NCBI GenBank assembly: GCA_965247115.1
Contig: CBDFGR010000002.1
Span: 1,728,001 to 1,792,000 of the forward strand
Source of the DNA: Myxococcota bacterium
GTDB taxonomy: Bacteria; Myxococcota_A; UBA9160; SZUA-336
Direction of reading: 5' to 3'
Length of the DNA stretch: 64,000 bases
The notes under the pieces were generated by a model that was not told where the DNA came from, ran no database searches, and saw only the letters and a program-made list of their open reading frames with translations. A program made the position numbers and the translations under genes. Positions 31,244-40,399 of the stretch are shown here, in pieces (position 1 is the stretch's first letter; the number at the start of each line of letters is the position of its first letter).

Positions 31244-32488
31244 ATGGATGTCCCTCGCGAAGCAACTCGCCATCGACGTCCCTACGTCCTCGCGGCTGTG
31301 GGTGTGCTGGGGCTCGTCGGGATCACGGTAGGACTCGAGCGGCTGGCGGACGCGCCGCCCTCCGTCGAGCGCTCCGCGGTCTGGATCGACACCGTTCGGC
31401 ACGGGGAGCTACTGCGTCAGGTGAGTGGTCCCGGGACGCTGGTTCCAGAGGAGATTCGCTGGGTGACCGCAACGACGGCCGGGCGCGTTGAGCGCATTCA
31501 CATCGAGCCGGGATCCAGGGTCGAGCTCGACAGCTTGCTCCTGGAGCTCTCGAATCCCGACCTGGAGCTCGAGGCGCTCGAGGCCGAGCGCCAGCTCAAG
31601 GTCTCAGAGGCGGATCTTGCGAACCTCCGCGCGACCATGGACATCGAGCGGCTGGCCCAGAAGTCGGTCGTCGCCAGCGTCCGGATCCAGCACCGCGAGG
31701 CGGAGCGTCGTGCGGAGGCTGAGGCGCGTCTGCGCGAGGCCGAGATCGTCGGGGCCCTGGAGTACGCCCGAACGCAGGAGCGGGAGGAGGAGCTGGCGAG
31801 CCGACTCGAGATCGAAGAGGAACGTTCGCGCATTCTGGAGGACGCCATGGTGGCCCGCGGGGCCGCGCAGGCCGCGCAGGTCGAGCGGCAGCGGGACCTC
31901 GCCCTCTTCCAGGCGAAGCAGGTCGAGTCGTTGCGCGTCCGCGCCGGTTTGAACGGCGTCCTGCAAGAGCTCCCGCTCGAGGTGGGTCAACGAGTTTCGC
32001 CAGGGACGCTCCTGGCCAAGGTGGTACAGCCCGAGTCCCTCAAGGCGGAGCTGCGTATTCCGGAGGCCCAGGCGAAGGAGGTGTTGCTCGGCCAGCAGGT
32101 CGAGGTGGACACGCACAACGGGATCGTCCCCGGCCACGTCGTGCGTATCGATCCCGCCGTGCAGCGTGGCACCGTGACTGTGGACGTGGCGCTCGACGCT
32201 GAGCTCCCGCGCGGTGCGCGCCCCGACCTCTCCGTAGACGGCCGTATCGAGCTCGAGCGTCTGCAGGACGTGCTCTACACTGGCCGCCCCGCCTTCGGCC
32301 GTTCGAACAGCCGGATCTCGCTCTTCAAGCTCGCGGAGGGCGACGCCACTGCGACACGTGTGGTCGTGAGTCTCGGGGGAAGCTCGGTGAGCGAGGTCGA
32401 GATCCGGGCAGGCCTCGAGGAGGGGGACCGAGTCATCCTCTCCGACATGTCCGAGTGGGATGGAGCGGAGCGGATCGAGCTGGATTGA
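31244..32488 (+). CDS. Efflux periplasmic adaptor subunit (HlyD/MFP)
   Basis: N-terminal TM, VSGPGTLVP, coiled coil, VRIDPAV..GTVTVDV, GLEEGDRVILSD; start set at ATG 31244. Confidence 0.9.
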   Translation: MDVPREATRHRRPYVLAAVGVLGLVGITVGLERLADAPPSVERSAVWIDTVRHGELLRQVSGPGTLVPEEIRWVTATTAGRVERIHIEPGSRVELDSLLLELSNPDLELEALEAERQLKVSEADLANLRATMDIERLAQKSVVASVRIQHREAERRAEAEARLREAEIVGALEYARTQEREEELASRLEIEEERSRILEDAMVARGAAQAAQVERQRDLALFQAKQVESLRVRAGLNGVLQELPLEVGQRVSPGTLLAKVVQPESLKAELRIPEAQAKEVLLGQQVEVDTHNGIVPGHVVRIDPAVQRGTVTVDVALDAELPRGARPDLSVDGRIELERLQDVLYTGRPAFGRSNSRISLFKLAEGDATATRVVVSLGGSSVSEVEIRAGLEEGDRVILSDMSEWDGAERIELD

Positions 32489-32504
32489 GGCAGAGGAGCT
32501 GTAG

Positions 32505-33197
32505 ATGAGCCAGGACGCGCAGTCGCTGATCCAGCTCGCCGGCGTCTCGAAGATCTTCGAGACGGACGAGGTCGAGACGCATGCCCTCTCGGAAGTGGAT
32601 CTCGAGATCCGTTCCGGGGAGTACGTGTCGGTCTCCGGACCCTCCGGGTGCGGAAAGACCACGCTGCTCTCGATCCTCGGCCTGCTGGACTCCCCTTCAC
32701 GGGGCACGTACACCCTCGGTCAGCAGCCGGTCGGGGGTCTGTCCCCTGCGCAGCGAGCGCGCGTGCGGAGCCAGCAGATCGGCTTCATCTTTCAGAGCTT
32801 CAACCTGATCGGCGATCTCAGTGTCTACGACAACGTCGAGCTGCTGCTCACCTATCAGGGCGTGCCGGCGCGTGAGCGCCGCGAGAAGGTGGGGTCGGCG
32901 CTGGAGCGAGTGCAGATGGCCCACCGCACCAAGCACATGCCGAGCCAGCTCTCGGGTGGACAGCAGCAGCGAGTTGCTGTAGCCCGCGCCGTCGTCGGCA
33001 ATCCCCTGATCCTGCTCGCGGATGAGCCCACCGGGAACCTCGACTCTGCAAACGGCGAGCAGGTGATGGATCTCATGCACCAGCTGCACAAGGGGGGCTC
33101 GACCATCTGCATGGTCACCCACGACCCGCGCTACTCCGAGCACGCGCAGCGCACGGTCCAACTCTTCGACGGTCGCGTGGCCAAAGAGGAGAGCTAG
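32505..33197 (+). CDS. ABC transporter ATP-binding protein (MacB/LolD type)
   Basis: GPSGCGKTT, LSGGQQQRVA, LLADEPTGNLD, VTHD. Confidence 0.96.
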   Translation: MSQDAQSLIQLAGVSKIFETDEVETHALSEVDLEIRSGEYVSVSGPSGCGKTTLLSILGLLDSPSRGTYTLGQQPVGGLSPAQRARVRSQQIGFIFQSFNLIGDLSVYDNVELLLTYQGVPARERREKVGSALERVQMAHRTKHMPSQLSGGQQQRVAVARAVVGNPLILLADEPTGNLDSANGEQVMDLMHQLHKGGSTICMVTHDPRYSEHAQRTVQLFDGRVAKEES

Positions 33198-33201
33198 GGA
33201 G

Positions 33202-35607
33202 ATGTTCTGGCGCGACGTCCGCTTCGGCGCGCTGGCCCTGCTCCGCACGCCCGGCTTCACGCTGGTCGCGGTTTTGACGCTGGCGCTCGGGGTCGGGGTG
33301 AACGGGGCGATCTTCAGCATCGTGAGCGGGACCCTTCTGAACTCGCTCCCCTGGAAGGACCCGTCGACGATCGTCGGTCTCTTCGAGAAGAAGCCGCGTC
33401 AGGACCAGCGACAGTACTGGGTGTCGACGGCCAAGTACCCGGAGTGGCGTGAGCAGCTCCGCTCGTTCACGGACCTCGCAGCGCTCTATCCCTGGGGGTT
33501 CAACCTGACGGATGGCGGAGAGCTCGACTTCGTCGACGCGGCGCTCGTCACGCCGAACAACTTCTCGGTGCTGGGCATCCGTCCCAGGCTCGGGCGGGCG
33601 TTCGTAGACGATGATGCGCGGCCCGACGCGGAGAAGGTGGTTGTCCTCAGTCACGGTCTCTGGGAGCGACGCTACGCTGCGGACCCGGATATCGTGGGCA
33701 AGCGGCTCGAGATCGACGGGGAGCCCGCGACCATCGTCGGGGTCCTCTCCTCCGACCAGTGGTTTCCCTGGCCATGGACCCAGCTCGTTGCGCCGCTCCG
33801 ACTCGAGAAGGCTGCGGCCTCTCGCACCGACCACAGGCTCGGGGTGTACGCGCGGCTGGCCCCTGGGGTCAGCTTGGAGCAGGCGCGGGCCGAGCTCCAG
33901 GTCGTGAGTCGGCGGCTGGCCGAGCAGTACCCGGAGACCGACGCCGAGTGGACGGCGGGCGCGTACCTGAGCCGCGACCGCGTTGTCCAGGGGCGGACGC
34001 GGACGGCGATCTGGATCTTGATGGGCTCGGTCGGCTTCGTGCTCCTGATCGCGTGCGCAAACGTGGCGAACCTGCTGCTCGCCCGCGGCGCGGGCAGGCA
34101 GAAGGAGCTGTCCATCCGGGCCGCTCTCGGGGCCACGCGCGCGCAGCTCGTCCGCCAGCTGCTCACCGAGAGCACGCTGCTCGCGCTGCTGGCGCTACCC
34201 TTCGCTATGCTTGTCACACGCTGGTCGCTCGACTTCTTTCTCTCGCAAGTACCGGACAGCGTGACGTACATGGAGCAGTTCTTCCGCTTGGACGCGCCGG
34301 TGCTCACCTTCCTGGTCCTGGTCACCCTGCTGACGGTGTTCCTGTTCGGACTTGCCCCCGCCTTCCAGGTGTCCAGAGCGGACATGAACCAGAACCTGAA
34401 GGAGGGTGGGGATCGCGGCTCCAGCGGGGCGGGCCGCCAGCGGCTGCGCTCTGGACTCGTGGTGGTGCAGATCTCTCTCGCGCTCTCGCTCCTGGTGACG
34501 TGCGGTCTCTTGATCCAGAGCTTTGGCAACACCCGCCGGGTGGACCCAGGCTTTCGGCTCGAGAACCTGCTCACGACCTCGCTGGATCTCCCGAAGTCGC
34601 GCTACCCCGAAGAAGAGCACTGGAAGGGTTTCCAGCGCGACGTGCTCGCGCGCCTTCGGCGGCTGCCCGGCGTGGAGAGCGCCGCCTCCGTGAACAATGC
34701 GCCGTTCGGCTTTGGTGGCTGGGACAGGAACTTCACCGTCCTGGGCCAGCCTCTGGCTTTCGAGGAGAAGATTCCCACTGGAAACTGGCTGCACGCAAGT
34801 CCGGGCTACTTCCAGACGCTCGGCATTCGCTTGCTGCAGGGGCGTGCGTTCAGCAAGGACGACGGCGAGAGCGCGGCTCCAGTGGTCGTGATCAACCAGA
34901 CGCTCGCGCGGCGTCACTTTGCCGCCGAGTCCCCGCTCGGGCAGCGGATCGTGATCGACGGGGGTGAGCCCCGGGAGATCATCGGTGTGGTCGCGGACAT
35001 CAAGCACTGGGGCTTCAACGAAGACCCCTCCCCGCAGCTCTTCGAGCCCTTCGTTCAGCAGCCGTCGAGCTTCATGAGCCTGGTACTGCGCACGAAGGGG
35101 GATCCTCTCATGGTCGTGCCCGGCTTGAGGCGAGAGGTGCGCGCGATCGACCCCGTGCTTCCCATCTTTACCGTGGAGACGATGACCTCGCGAGCAGAGC
35201 GGTCTCTGTGGCAGGGGAGCCTGTTCGCGCTGCAGATGGGAATCCTGGGAGGGCTGGCGCTCGTACTGGCCGCCGTGGGGATCTACGGCGTGGTAAGCTT
35301 CTCGACCGCGCAGCGCACGCGCGAGTTCGGCATCCGCTCGGCGCTCGGAGCCGAGCCTCACGGGATCGCGCTCCTGGTCCTGCGTGAGTCCGTCCGACTC
35401 GCGACGTACGGCGTCGCCCTCGGACTCCTGCTCACAGCTCTTCTGGTGCAGGCGATCAAGGGTCTGCTCTACGAGGTGAACCCCTGGGACCCGGTGACCT
35501 TCATCTCGCTATCCGTCATCCTGGCCACGGTTGCGATTGGCTCGAGCACCGTCCCGGCGCTGCGAGCCACGCGCATCGACCCGATGGAGGCGCTCCGGGT
35601 CGAGTGA
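33202..35607 (+). CDS. ABC transporter permease with duplicated MacB/FtsX domains (ADOP type)
   Basis: PGFTLVAVLTLALGVG, LLIACANVANLLLAR, RTREFGIRSALGA, RATRIDPMEALRVE. Confidence 0.94.
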   Translation: MFWRDVRFGALALLRTPGFTLVAVLTLALGVGVNGAIFSIVSGTLLNSLPWKDPSTIVGLFEKKPRQDQRQYWVSTAKYPEWREQLRSFTDLAALYPWGFNLTDGGELDFVDAALVTPNNFSVLGIRPRLGRAFVDDDARPDAEKVVVLSHGLWERRYAADPDIVGKRLEIDGEPATIVGVLSSDQWFPWPWTQLVAPLRLEKAAASRTDHRLGVYARLAPGVSLEQARAELQVVSRRLAEQYPETDAEWTAGAYLSRDRVVQGRTRTAIWILMGSVGFVLLIACANVANLLLARGAGRQKELSIRAALGATRAQLVRQLLTESTLLALLALPFAMLVTRWSLDFFLSQVPDSVTYMEQFFRLDAPVLTFLVLVTLLTVFLFGLAPAFQVSRADMNQNLKEGGDRGSSGAGRQRLRSGLVVVQISLALSLLVTCGLLIQSFGNTRRVDPGFRLENLLTTSLDLPKSRYPEEEHWKGFQRDVLARLRRLPGVESAASVNNAPFGFGGWDRNFTVLGQPLAFEEKIPTGNWLHASPGYFQTLGIRLLQGRAFSKDDGESAAPVVVINQTLARRHFAAESPLGQRIVIDGGEPREIIGVVADIKHWGFNEDPSPQLFEPFVQQPSSFMSLVLRTKGDPLMVVPGLRREVRAIDPVLPIFTVETMTSRAERSLWQGSLFALQMGILGGLALVLAAVGIYGVVSFSTAQRTREFGIRSALGAEPHGIALLVLRESVRLATYGVALGLLLTALLVQAIKGLLYEVNPWDPVTFISLSVILATVAIGSSTVPALRATRIDPMEALRVE

Positions 35608-36545
35608 CACGCTTTACGACGCTCGGACGCACGGGGCTCCGCGTGAGCGTGGCCGGTCTTGGCTGTGGTGGCCACAGCAGGCTCGGCCAGACGAGCGGCG
35701 CAAGCGAGTCGGACTCGGTGGCAGTGGTCGACCGGGCTCTCGATCTCGGCATCAACTTCATCGACACGGCGCGTGCCTACCGGACCGAGACGATCGTGGG
35801 GAAGGCGATTGCTGGAAAGCGGGAGAGCGTCGTGATCTCCACCAAGGCAATCCCCCAGGACAACCGGGGCCTGCTGGGAGCCGCTGACCTGGTTCGGTCG
35901 CTGGAGCGCAGTCTCGAGCGACTGGGGACCGACTACGTGGATGTGTTCCACCTTCACGGCGTGGACCTCGACCAGTACGAGCACTGCAAGAACGAGCTCG
36001 TTCCGGCGCTTTACCGCGCGCGCGAACAGGGGAAGATCCGCTTCCTCGGTATCACGGAGCGCTTCTCGGGCGATCCCCAGCACCGCATGCTGGAGCGAGC
36101 GCTTCGCGACGACTGCTGGGACGTGATGATGGTCGGCTTCAACCTGCTGAACCCCTCCGCGCGCGAACGCGTGCTACGGCCGGCGCTCGAGCGCGGCGTC
36201 GGCACGCTGATCATGTTTGCCGTGCGCCGCGCGCTGAGCCAGCCCCTGGTGCTGCGCGAGCTGGTCGGCGACCTGGTGGTGCGTGGTGCGATTCCGTCTG
36301 ACGGGACGGACGCCGACGACCCGCTCGGCTTTCTGGTCTCGGAAGACAGCGCACGCAGCGTTGTGGAGGCGGCCTATCGCTTCTGCAGTCACGAGCCCGG
36401 CGCCCACGTCATCCTCAGCGGGACAAGCAAGCTCGCGCACCTCGAGCAGAACGTGGCCGCCATCGAATCCGGTCCGCTCCCCCCGGCAGACCGCACACGC
36501 CTCGCCAAGCTATTCGGCGCGATCGACTTCGTCTCCGGCAACTAG
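35604..36545 (+). CDS. Aldo/keto reductase
   Basis: LGRTGLRVS, GINFIDTARAY, SLERLGTDYVDVFHLH, GKIRFLG. Confidence 0.92.
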   Translation: MTRFTTLGRTGLRVSVAGLGCGGHSRLGQTSGASESDSVAVVDRALDLGINFIDTARAYRTETIVGKAIAGKRESVVISTKAIPQDNRGLLGAADLVRSLERSLERLGTDYVDVFHLHGVDLDQYEHCKNELVPALYRAREQGKIRFLGITERFSGDPQHRMLERALRDDCWDVMMVGFNLLNPSARERVLRPALERGVGTLIMFAVRRALSQPLVLRELVGDLVVRGAIPSDGTDADDPLGFLVSEDSARSVVEAAYRFCSHEPGAHVILSGTSKLAHLEQNVAAIESGPLPPADRTRLAKLFGAIDFVSGN

Positions 36546-36594
36546 TCGCCACCGCCCAAGCGCCCACGAGACCCATTGGCAGCTGCTACACTCG

Positions 36595-36818
36595 ATCTTG
36601 ATACCCCGTCGGAACGGACGACTCACGCCGAAGCGCTTGCAACGCTCGGTCATGCTGTAGAGCCTGCTCTCGTAGTCCGCGATAAACCGGATCCTCTCTT
36701 GCACGGCTGACGTCTTCGCCCAGGGCATCGCTCCCCCCTCCCCCCTTGCTGCATGCAGCTCGGAGTGTGTCAGCGATGTTCCAGGTCTTAACTGTCAACC
36801 ATCTACCCAGCTCTGTAC
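36595..36818 (-). mobile_element. IS481-like insertion sequence relic (left end plus truncated, frameshifted transposase)
   Basis: MPWAKTSAVQERIRF...SMTERCKRFGVSR, then TGY in another frame; end-like sequence gtacagagctgggtagatggttgacagttaagacctggaacatcgctgacac upstream. Confidence 0.7.
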
Positions 36819-36867
36819 CCCTTGACATATCAATAGAAAGCCCTAATCTACACTAATTGGTGAATGG

Positions 36868-37572
36868 ATGAGAACGTCAGACCGACAGGTCTCGCTTGAT
36901 CTACGGCCTCTAGCGCGTCATGGCGGTCGACGCGAGGGGGCGGGACGCAAGGTTGGGCCGAATCCTTCGGTTCGTCACCGGAGTCGGCCGAATCTGGCGT
37001 CGCGATACCCTTGCCACGTGACGCTCCGCGTACGCGAGGGGGTCCCGTCGTTGCGGGCTCCAGCGTTTGTGCGGGCGTTTGAGGAGACGTTGGCGCGTGG
37101 GTGCGACCGGGGAGAGTTTCGGGTGGTGCACTACGCGCTCTTGCGGGATCACGCGCACCTTATCGTTGAGGCGAAGGATCGGGGTGCGCTCGGTCGGGGG
37201 ATGAAGTCGTTCACCAGGAGGATGTTGGGGGCGATGGGGAGTGCGTTCGGGTGGCGAGGGGGGTTGCTTGCGGATCGTTACCATATGCGGGTGTTGAAGA
37301 CCCCGCGAGAAGTTCGGAACGCGATCCGGTACGTGCTGCTAAACGCTGCGCGACATCGCGGTACACCGCTCAAGAGGAACATCGATCTGGCCTCATCGGG
37401 CCGCTGGTTTGACGGATGGGTGAGGGGGACAGTGCGAGTCACACCTGACGTGGGAGCGCGGGCGGTCGCGAGGGCGCATACGTGGCTGCTCAGTACAGGG
37501 TGGCGGCGGCATGGACTGCTCGATCCGTCGGAGGTGCCGGGTTCGGCGCGCGCGTCTCTAGCCTTGCAATAG
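36868..37572 (+). CDS. HUH Y1 transposase, REP-associated tyrosine transposase (RAYT/TnpA-REP)-like
   Basis: HVTLR, HUH motif DHAHLIVEA, DRYH, catalytic helix AIRYVLLNAARH, C-terminal extension. Confidence 0.85.
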   Translation: MRTSDRQVSLDLRPLARHGGRREGAGRKVGPNPSVRHRSRPNLASRYPCHVTLRVREGVPSLRAPAFVRAFEETLARGCDRGEFRVVHYALLRDHAHLIVEAKDRGALGRGMKSFTRRMLGAMGSAFGWRGGLLADRYHMRVLKTPREVRNAIRYVLLNAARHRGTPLKRNIDLASSGRWFDGWVRGTVRVTPDVGARAVARAHTWLLSTGWRRHGLLDPSEVPGSARASLALQ

Positions 37573-37589
37573 GTTCACTCAGCGATTGG

Positions 37590-38090
37590 GTTGGATGTGG
37601 TGGCCGTGCAGATTACGATGGTGTCGATGACGGGTTCGAGCAAAGCGACAATGCCCTCCGTGACCGGCTCGGGCATACGTACGGCGGAGTGGGCGATCGT
37701 CGCCGAGCCGAGCCCCGCCTCGTTGGAGAAGGCGGCCCGCTGAAAGCCGATGATCATCACCCCGGGCGCCCCGCCGGAGACGATTCCGAGGCAGCCGACG
37801 ACGATCCCGAGCGCGTAAAAGCTGCCCATGATCTTGCCCAGCATCGGCAGGCCGCGCTGTGCGAGGCCCGCGCTCCAGGTAGTACATCGGCCGCCCGATA
37901 CGGTTTCGTCCGGGTTCTCGCGGCGGAAGATCACGCCCAGCGTGCACTCGACGAACTTGGACGACATGCCGAGGAAGCCCGCGACGATCAGCCAGAAGGC
38001 CGCGCCGGGTCCGCCGAGGGATATCGCGACGGCAACACCGCCGATGTTCCCGATGCCGACCGTTCCAGAGACGGCGGTTGCGAGCCCGTG
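37590..38090 (-). pseudogene. Decayed alanine/glycine:cation symporter (AGCS/AlsT)
   Basis: SGTVGIGNIGGVAVAISLGGPGAAFW, KFVECTLG, FSNEAGLGSA, DTIVICTAT present; GGPMYYL is out of frame and large blocks are missing. Confidence 0.85.
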
Positions 38091-38159
38091 CGGATCTACC
38101 ACATGTGCGACGGGCTCCTGTTCGTGCACCGGGGAAATGACCAACTGGCGCATGGTAGG

Positions 38160-38996
38160 ATGCCGCCACGCTCACCGAAGGCGTTACCCTTGACCTCGGA
38201 AGCCCAGACGCACACCAGCGAGACGTTCGAGCTGCCCTCCGGTCGGATCCACATGCTCCGAGCGGGCTCCGGGGATCCCCTGGTGGTCTTGCATCACTCC
38301 ACTGGAAACCCCGGCTGGATCCCGTTCTACGAGCGCCTCGCCCACAGCTTCGCGGTCCACGTTCCGGATCTCCCTGGCTACGGCCAGTCGGCCCAGCCGG
38401 ATTGGGCGCGCGACCCGCGGGACCTGGCGATTCAGATGAGCCACTTTCTCGAGCGGCTCGGGCTCGATGAGGTGTGCCTCGTGGGGCTCGGCTTCGGTGG
38501 TTTCGTCGCCGCCGAGCTCGCCTGCATGAACGCGTCGCGCCTGGCGAGCCTGGTCCTGATCGGTGCCGCCGGCCTGCAGCCCGAGAGCGGGGAGATCGCG
38601 GACCAGATGCTCGCGGGACACGAAGCGTACTTCAAGGCCGGCTTTCGCGACGAGGCCAGCTACCAGGAGCACTTTGGTGACGAGATGGCCGCCGAGTTCA
38701 GCGAGCTCTGGGACTTCAGCCGGGTGATGACCGCGCGCGTCACCTGGAAGCCCTACATGTTCAACCGCCGACTGCCGTTCCTCTTGCGGGACGTCGACAC
38801 GCCAACGCTGCTGATCTGGGGAACGGAAGACCAGATCGTGCCCGCGATCTGCGGGGAGCAGTACCAGCGGGCACTGCCGAATGCGGAGCTCGAGCTCGTG
38901 GAAAGTGCGGGGCATCTCGTCGAGTACGAGCAGTCCGCAGACATCGCCAGCAAGATTGCAGCGCACGCGCGAAAAACGTTGCGTAGAACCCGATAG
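38160..38996 (+). CDS. Alpha/beta fold hydrolase-like protein
   Basis: PDLPGYGQS, LLIWGTEDQIVP, AGHL; elbow reads GLGFGG with no Ser; start uncertain. Confidence 0.85.
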   Translation: MPPRSPKALPLTSEAQTHTSETFELPSGRIHMLRAGSGDPLVVLHHSTGNPGWIPFYERLAHSFAVHVPDLPGYGQSAQPDWARDPRDLAIQMSHFLERLGLDEVCLVGLGFGGFVAAELACMNASRLASLVLIGAAGLQPESGEIADQMLAGHEAYFKAGFRDEASYQEHFGDEMAAEFSELWDFSRVMTARVTWKPYMFNRRLPFLLRDVDTPTLLIWGTEDQIVPAICGEQYQRALPNAELELVESAGHLVEYEQSADIASKIAAHARKTLRRTR

Positions 38997-39010
38997 ACAG
39001 GGAGAAAATC

Positions 39011-40378
39011 GTGTTCATCGGCACTTTCACGGAGCGCCCCTACCAGGATCACAAGTCGGGTTATTTTGGCGCGGCAGGCAAGAGCATTACCGACCTCTCG
39101 CTCAGCAACGCGTCGTACGATCCGCGCCTTGGTGCCGAGCTCTACAACCGTTACCTCGACGAGCGCGTCTATGCGGAGGAGGTGGGGTTCGACGGCTTGA
39201 TGCTGAACGAGCACCACAGCACTCCCTTCTGCATGGGCGGCGTCATGAACGTGGAGGCCGGCATCCTCGCGCGGATCACGCAGCGAGCGAAGATCGTGCT
39301 ACTCGGGAACGTCCTGCCGATCTGGGATGATCCACTCTGGCTCGCCGAAGAGCTGGCCGAGATCGACATGATCTCGCGCGGACGACTCGTGACCGGCTGG
39401 GTTCGTGGCACCGGTCGCGAGAGCGTCTCCCACAACGCGCAGCCACCCTTCAACTGGGAGCGCTTCCAGGAAGCCCACGACTTCATCGTCGAGGCCTGGA
39501 CGCGGCCAGGGCCGTTCCGCTGGGAAGGCGAGCACTTCCACTACCGCTACGTCAACCCGTGGTCGCGCCCGTATCAGGAGCCGCACCCGCAGATCTGGGT
39601 CCCCGGCGTGATGAGTCGCAACACCGTCGCCTGGGCCGCGAAGCGTCGGTATCCGTACCTGATGCTTGCCACCGAGCTCGGGCCCACGCGCGAATCTTTC
39701 GCCTACTACGACGACGTCGCGAAGGAAACGGGCTACGAGGCGGGCACCCAGCACCGCGGCTACCTGTTCAAGGTCCACGTCGACGAGACGGAGGAGCTCG
39801 CCGAAGAGGCCGGGCGCAAGTTCATCCAGGGACCGAGCAACCCGTTCCTGGAAGGGAACCAGGGGAACGTGCGGCCCTTCCTCCAGAACCTCCCTGGCCT
39901 GACGTCACGGACGAACCTGCTGCCGACGGTGAAGAGCTTCGCGGCCGCGGCCGCACGCGGGCGTCAGCGTGCGCACGAGGCTAGCACCAAGACGCCGGCG
40001 AAAGAGGTCGAGAGCGAGAACAAGCCGCGCGCGGCGCGCGATATCTTCGGCACCTACGAGCAGCAGATCGAGAAGCTCAGCATCGTGTCGGGGACGCCGA
40101 AAACGGTCATCCCCCGCGTGCGTCACGTGCTCGAATACCTGCGCCCTGGCACGATCTTCTTCTGGGACGGCGATGGCGCGATGACCCACGACGACCAGAT
40201 GCGGAGCCTGCGCTTGATGGGCGAAGAGGTGATTCCCGCGGTGCGCGAGATCGCAAAGGAGCTCGACCTCAAGGGGCCGTTCGAGGTCGATCCCATCACG
40301 GGCAAGTCGCTCAACGGCGCGGAGGCGGCGCCGCCGAAACCATCCGGCGAGGCGGAGACCACCGACGCCCAGCCTTAG
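39011..40378 (+). CDS. LLM class flavin-dependent oxidoreductase
   Basis: GFDGLMLNEHHS, LAEELAEIDMISRGRL..GWVRG, QEPHPQIW, GEEVIPAVR. Confidence 0.92.
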   Translation: MFIGTFTERPYQDHKSGYFGAAGKSITDLSLSNASYDPRLGAELYNRYLDERVYAEEVGFDGLMLNEHHSTPFCMGGVMNVEAGILARITQRAKIVLLGNVLPIWDDPLWLAEELAEIDMISRGRLVTGWVRGTGRESVSHNAQPPFNWERFQEAHDFIVEAWTRPGPFRWEGEHFHYRYVNPWSRPYQEPHPQIWVPGVMSRNTVAWAAKRRYPYLMLATELGPTRESFAYYDDVAKETGYEAGTQHRGYLFKVHVDETEELAEEAGRKFIQGPSNPFLEGNQGNVRPFLQNLPGLTSRTNLLPTVKSFAAAAARGRQRAHEASTKTPAKEVESENKPRAARDIFGTYEQQIEKLSIVSGTPKTVIPRVRHVLEYLRPGTIFFWDGDGAMTHDDQMRSLRLMGEEVIPAVREIAKELDLKGPFEVDPITGKSLNGAEAAPPKPSGEAETTDAQP

Positions 40379-40399
40379 CCGGATCCCGGGGACGTCGCC

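Noticed and set aside
37482..38159. Long N-terminal extensions in the ORF track (37482, also 14108, 31049, 51738, 54306, 56360)
   Set aside because: They overlap neighbouring genes or the AGCS pseudogene; family motifs and ribosome-binding or -10 signals support downstream starts.
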